Source: Alloascoidea hylecoeti (lineage: Eukaryota). Taken from it: a stretch of DNA of 64,000 bases. The notes under the pieces were generated by a model. It was not told where the DNA came from. It ran no database searches and was given only the letters and a program-made list of their open reading frames with translations. The stretch spans positions 435,981 through 499,980 of the forward strand of contig BCKZ01000019.1 of the NCBI GenBank assembly GCA_001600815.1, in the 5' to 3' direction. Positions 61,037 through 64,000 of the stretch are shown in pieces. The position numbers were made by a program, and so were the translations under genes. Every line of letters starts with the position of its first letter. Position 1 is the stretch's first letter.

Positions 61037-62934
61037 CTTTTTATTCGTTTTGAATTTATGATATGTATAGTGAACTGTGGTAAAATTGCTATTTGATATG
61101 CCAATACATTATTGCAATTAGCCATGTTACTGGTTTTATAATGATATATTTAACTATTGTTTTCTCCCCTAAAACCTCATTTAGGGTATTATGTTGTGTA
61201 ACTACTAATTATATAAAAAGTATTAATCAGGGCTGAGGTCTTAATTTGAAGGGAATTAGCTAATGTGACGACTAGTAAGCTAATGTTTTCTAAAAAGTCT
61301 TCTTAAACTTGCTGATTTGAAAATTATTGTTAAATGGTGGATTTTACTAAGAGGTCTCGGCGATATGCCCCGATAGCCTCTAAAGCTTATACTCAGCTAT
61401 TAATAACTCTTATCATTCTATTCAACTACCTCCTAATAGACAGCTTGATGGAGGATTGTCAGAGTATAATCTTTAAATAAAATATTAGAAGTGATCATTC
61501 GAAGAATGAGGTTTCGACGGGTTTTTTATTGGTGTAGTTACAAGGTCAAGATAAACCTGTAATGATAATTAGTATAAGCTTACACGTAGATATGGAATCT
61601 AGATAAGTTTAGTTTTAAAATATCTCAGTCAGTTTCCCGGCAATTGTACTATTATAATTTATAACTATATTATTAATTGCCAAAAAAAAGAAAGTGCACT
61701 AGACGCCATTTTAATAATATACCATATGGAGTAAGTTATAAGATATTTCAACAACAAGTGCAAAACCGCGACTTCAGAAAATGATGTCTGTTGAATGACG
61801 CCAAATGCTTGTACAATGATTACTACAATCTATAAAAAGACTTTCAGATTCTCCTGTGTCTCTGACTGTCTCACCTAAAAAGAGAGTGCCTTTTATATAC
61901 ACGATAAATATATTTATAATTATTAAATTTTAAAAAAAAATTTAGTTTTAAATTTTGTGTTTTTTATGATGGTGCAGATGTCGTAGTACATAACTTGCCA
62001 ATTTGCAATAGATTAATGCGATTTCAGTGTTGATAATTGGCAATTAGAATTTCAAGTTGTACATGTTGCAACATTAGCTAGTTTAAATGGGCCGTTAACC
62101 TGCAGTATTTCCACACCGAATACTTCGTCCAACAGAGAGTGGAAATACTGTATACATTTCTCATCTAGGGAATCTAGTTCTATCTACTAATTAGTTAGAG
62201 GGTCTATAGTACGTAATACGTATACATTTATAACCCCTTGCAATTGAATCTACGAAATCAGAGCAGAGAAACTGTATCACTGATGTAATCGGGAAAAAAC
62301 AACAATTTTGACGACACTATTGAAAGACAATTGCAACAAATTCTCAACCTGTAACATGAACACGAATCTTAAGCTCTACATTTAAAATTTAAATATACTA
62401 CTTTATATAACAAGCTATAATTGAATGAAGTGTTTCTAAATACCTGTAGCGAAATTATAATGTTAAGAATGCATGTAAGCCCATAATTATATGCAGTTTC
62501 ACAACGTATATGCGTAATTACAATATTTAAATTGCAATATACTAATATTAATGTACGAGCGAATGTCGTAAATGATATTGTATAATGTTTGATTTTCCCT
62601 TATATGTTTAAATTTAATCAATGTTCTCTCACTCGAAACCAAACCTTTTACGACGTTTAAGCTTGATTTAAATAAGCATTCAGTTTAAGCTTAGTATAAG
62701 CTTATAATTCCTTATGTGATTAATTATAACTAATTTACAGTATTTACTGGAAACAAAACAAAATTAAGTTTTAAGATATGTTCCTTACTAGTTAATATAA
62801 TTATACGTACCATGGTACATATATGCAAATTATAATTATGATCATATGTCATCAAGGGGAAATGCAACACTATAATAGTGATATATGTTTATTAAATTAT
62901 TAATAGTATATGATATCACCACCATAAAAAAAAT

Positions 62935-63440
62935 TTGGATCCATGCAAAGTCGCCTGTATGCGTTGTCGTCGGACTGCGTCTGCATATGATAAATCTCAC
63001 CGTATCGCAGGACGGAACGAGATATTCGATTTTAGAATTCGGTTTGCATTTTATGAGTTTTCGGATTCGAATTATACATTACTATTAAAATTTATTAAAT
63101 ATTATACAAAATATATAATTAAATAAATATATACATGGCTTTAAAAATTTCCCAAATTTAAACACACGGAAATAGATGATATCGCCATGTGTTAACACGA
63201 ACATACCCTCCTTGAATTCATCTGCGATTGAAATTAGAAATCTAATGAAATTAAATTAACCAACAATTGCCTAAACAGTTTTATTTGATCGTTAGATGAT
63301 ATCGATATTGATAATCACACATATATAGAACATACCCCTCATTCTCGTTAAATTTCGAGAACTTAAAACATTCCTTGTCCACTTACGACTATTGAAACTT
63401 TAAAGAATCTGTTTGAAATTAAATTAACAGAACTCATGAA
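62935..63440 (+). pseudogene. Possible decayed gene fragments (family unclear)
   Basis: Broken protein-like frames (CKVACMRCRR; FPNLNT; KFRELKTFL) with many stops; near ambiguous bases at 63716 and 63763. Confidence 0.2.
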
Positions 63441-64000
63441 TTAAACATCAGAAGATGTCAACTGTATAGGAAATTTATTTCTTAACAATATGATAAACAA
63501 TTTTTGGATGTTGTGAGTAAGAAGAATGAAGAAAGATTTGCAAAAACAAAATTTAAAGCTTCCAAACTCCCTAACACCAGAAATTAGAGCTTATAATTAT
63601 GTATTACTATTTAAGATGAAGTAAACGTAAACTTAAATAAGTATATATTGTTGCTCATGTAAAATAGTACTAGTTTACAAACCCATTACCAATTCCGGAA
63701 TAGCTGATATTTTCTNAAGAAAGTCGCCATTTTCAAAGTATACTGATACCGAACGTTCGAACNATTATATAATATTAATAAAGTGTAAAGTTAGCCGGAA
63801 AGAAACTGATTAATTATATGGATACATTAAATAAAAAAACGGTAAAAAATCCGAATATATAAATCTCTACTGCTCTCGCACTAATTTACCTTACCACTGA
63901 ATATATTTTAATCAAAACATCCTTGTTAAATTAAGAATTTTGCATATTTTACTGTTTCCGACCGAGTAAATTGGTGTTTTTAAACTTTTCAGATTTTTCT

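Noticed and set aside
62935..63126. Second Zn2Cys6 gene suggested by CKVACMRCRR
   Set aside because: Only a partial Cys pattern, a TTG start, and no intron found that restores the cluster.
1..64000. CRISPR array, rRNA or prokaryotic operon
   Set aside because: No regularly spaced repeat-spacer units or rRNA motifs were seen; the sequence is eukaryotic with spliceosomal introns.

Overview
AT-rich nuclear DNA from an intron-containing budding yeast (Saccharomycotina). It has short GTATGT/GTAAGT...CTAAC...YAG introns, and CTG codons sit at conserved Leu positions. About 18 intact protein genes are supported: USV1-like C2H2 factor, TOM40, 3-exon MED9-like, a 3-exon orphan with a Whi5/Nrm1-like motif, LRO1, RAD14, a MATE exporter, a KTR mannosyltransferase, a Rieske oxygenase, an ACH1-like CoA-transferase, an ALD2/3-type dehydrogenase, an FHA tail-anchored protein, TRE1/2, a DAP1-like cytochrome b5 protein, FAB1, LDB19, a YIM1/AST1-like reductase, a truncated Skp1 paralogue and a Zn2Cys6 factor. 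Highlights: (1) a co-oriented three-gene cluster (CntA/YeaW-type Rieske monooxygenase, divergent CoA-transferase, amino-aldehyde-type ALDH) that looks like a quaternary-amine catabolic pathway; (2) a near full-length endogenised Phenuiviridae-like nucleocapsid gene just upstream of TOM40; (3) a 179-bp near-perfect inverted repeat built from a fragment related to a neighbouring decayed secreted-protein gene. Relics of Tc1, pogo/Fot1 and Ty3/Gypsy elements and a GC-AG intron in FAB1 are also visible. All identifications are by eye from motifs; no database searches were run.
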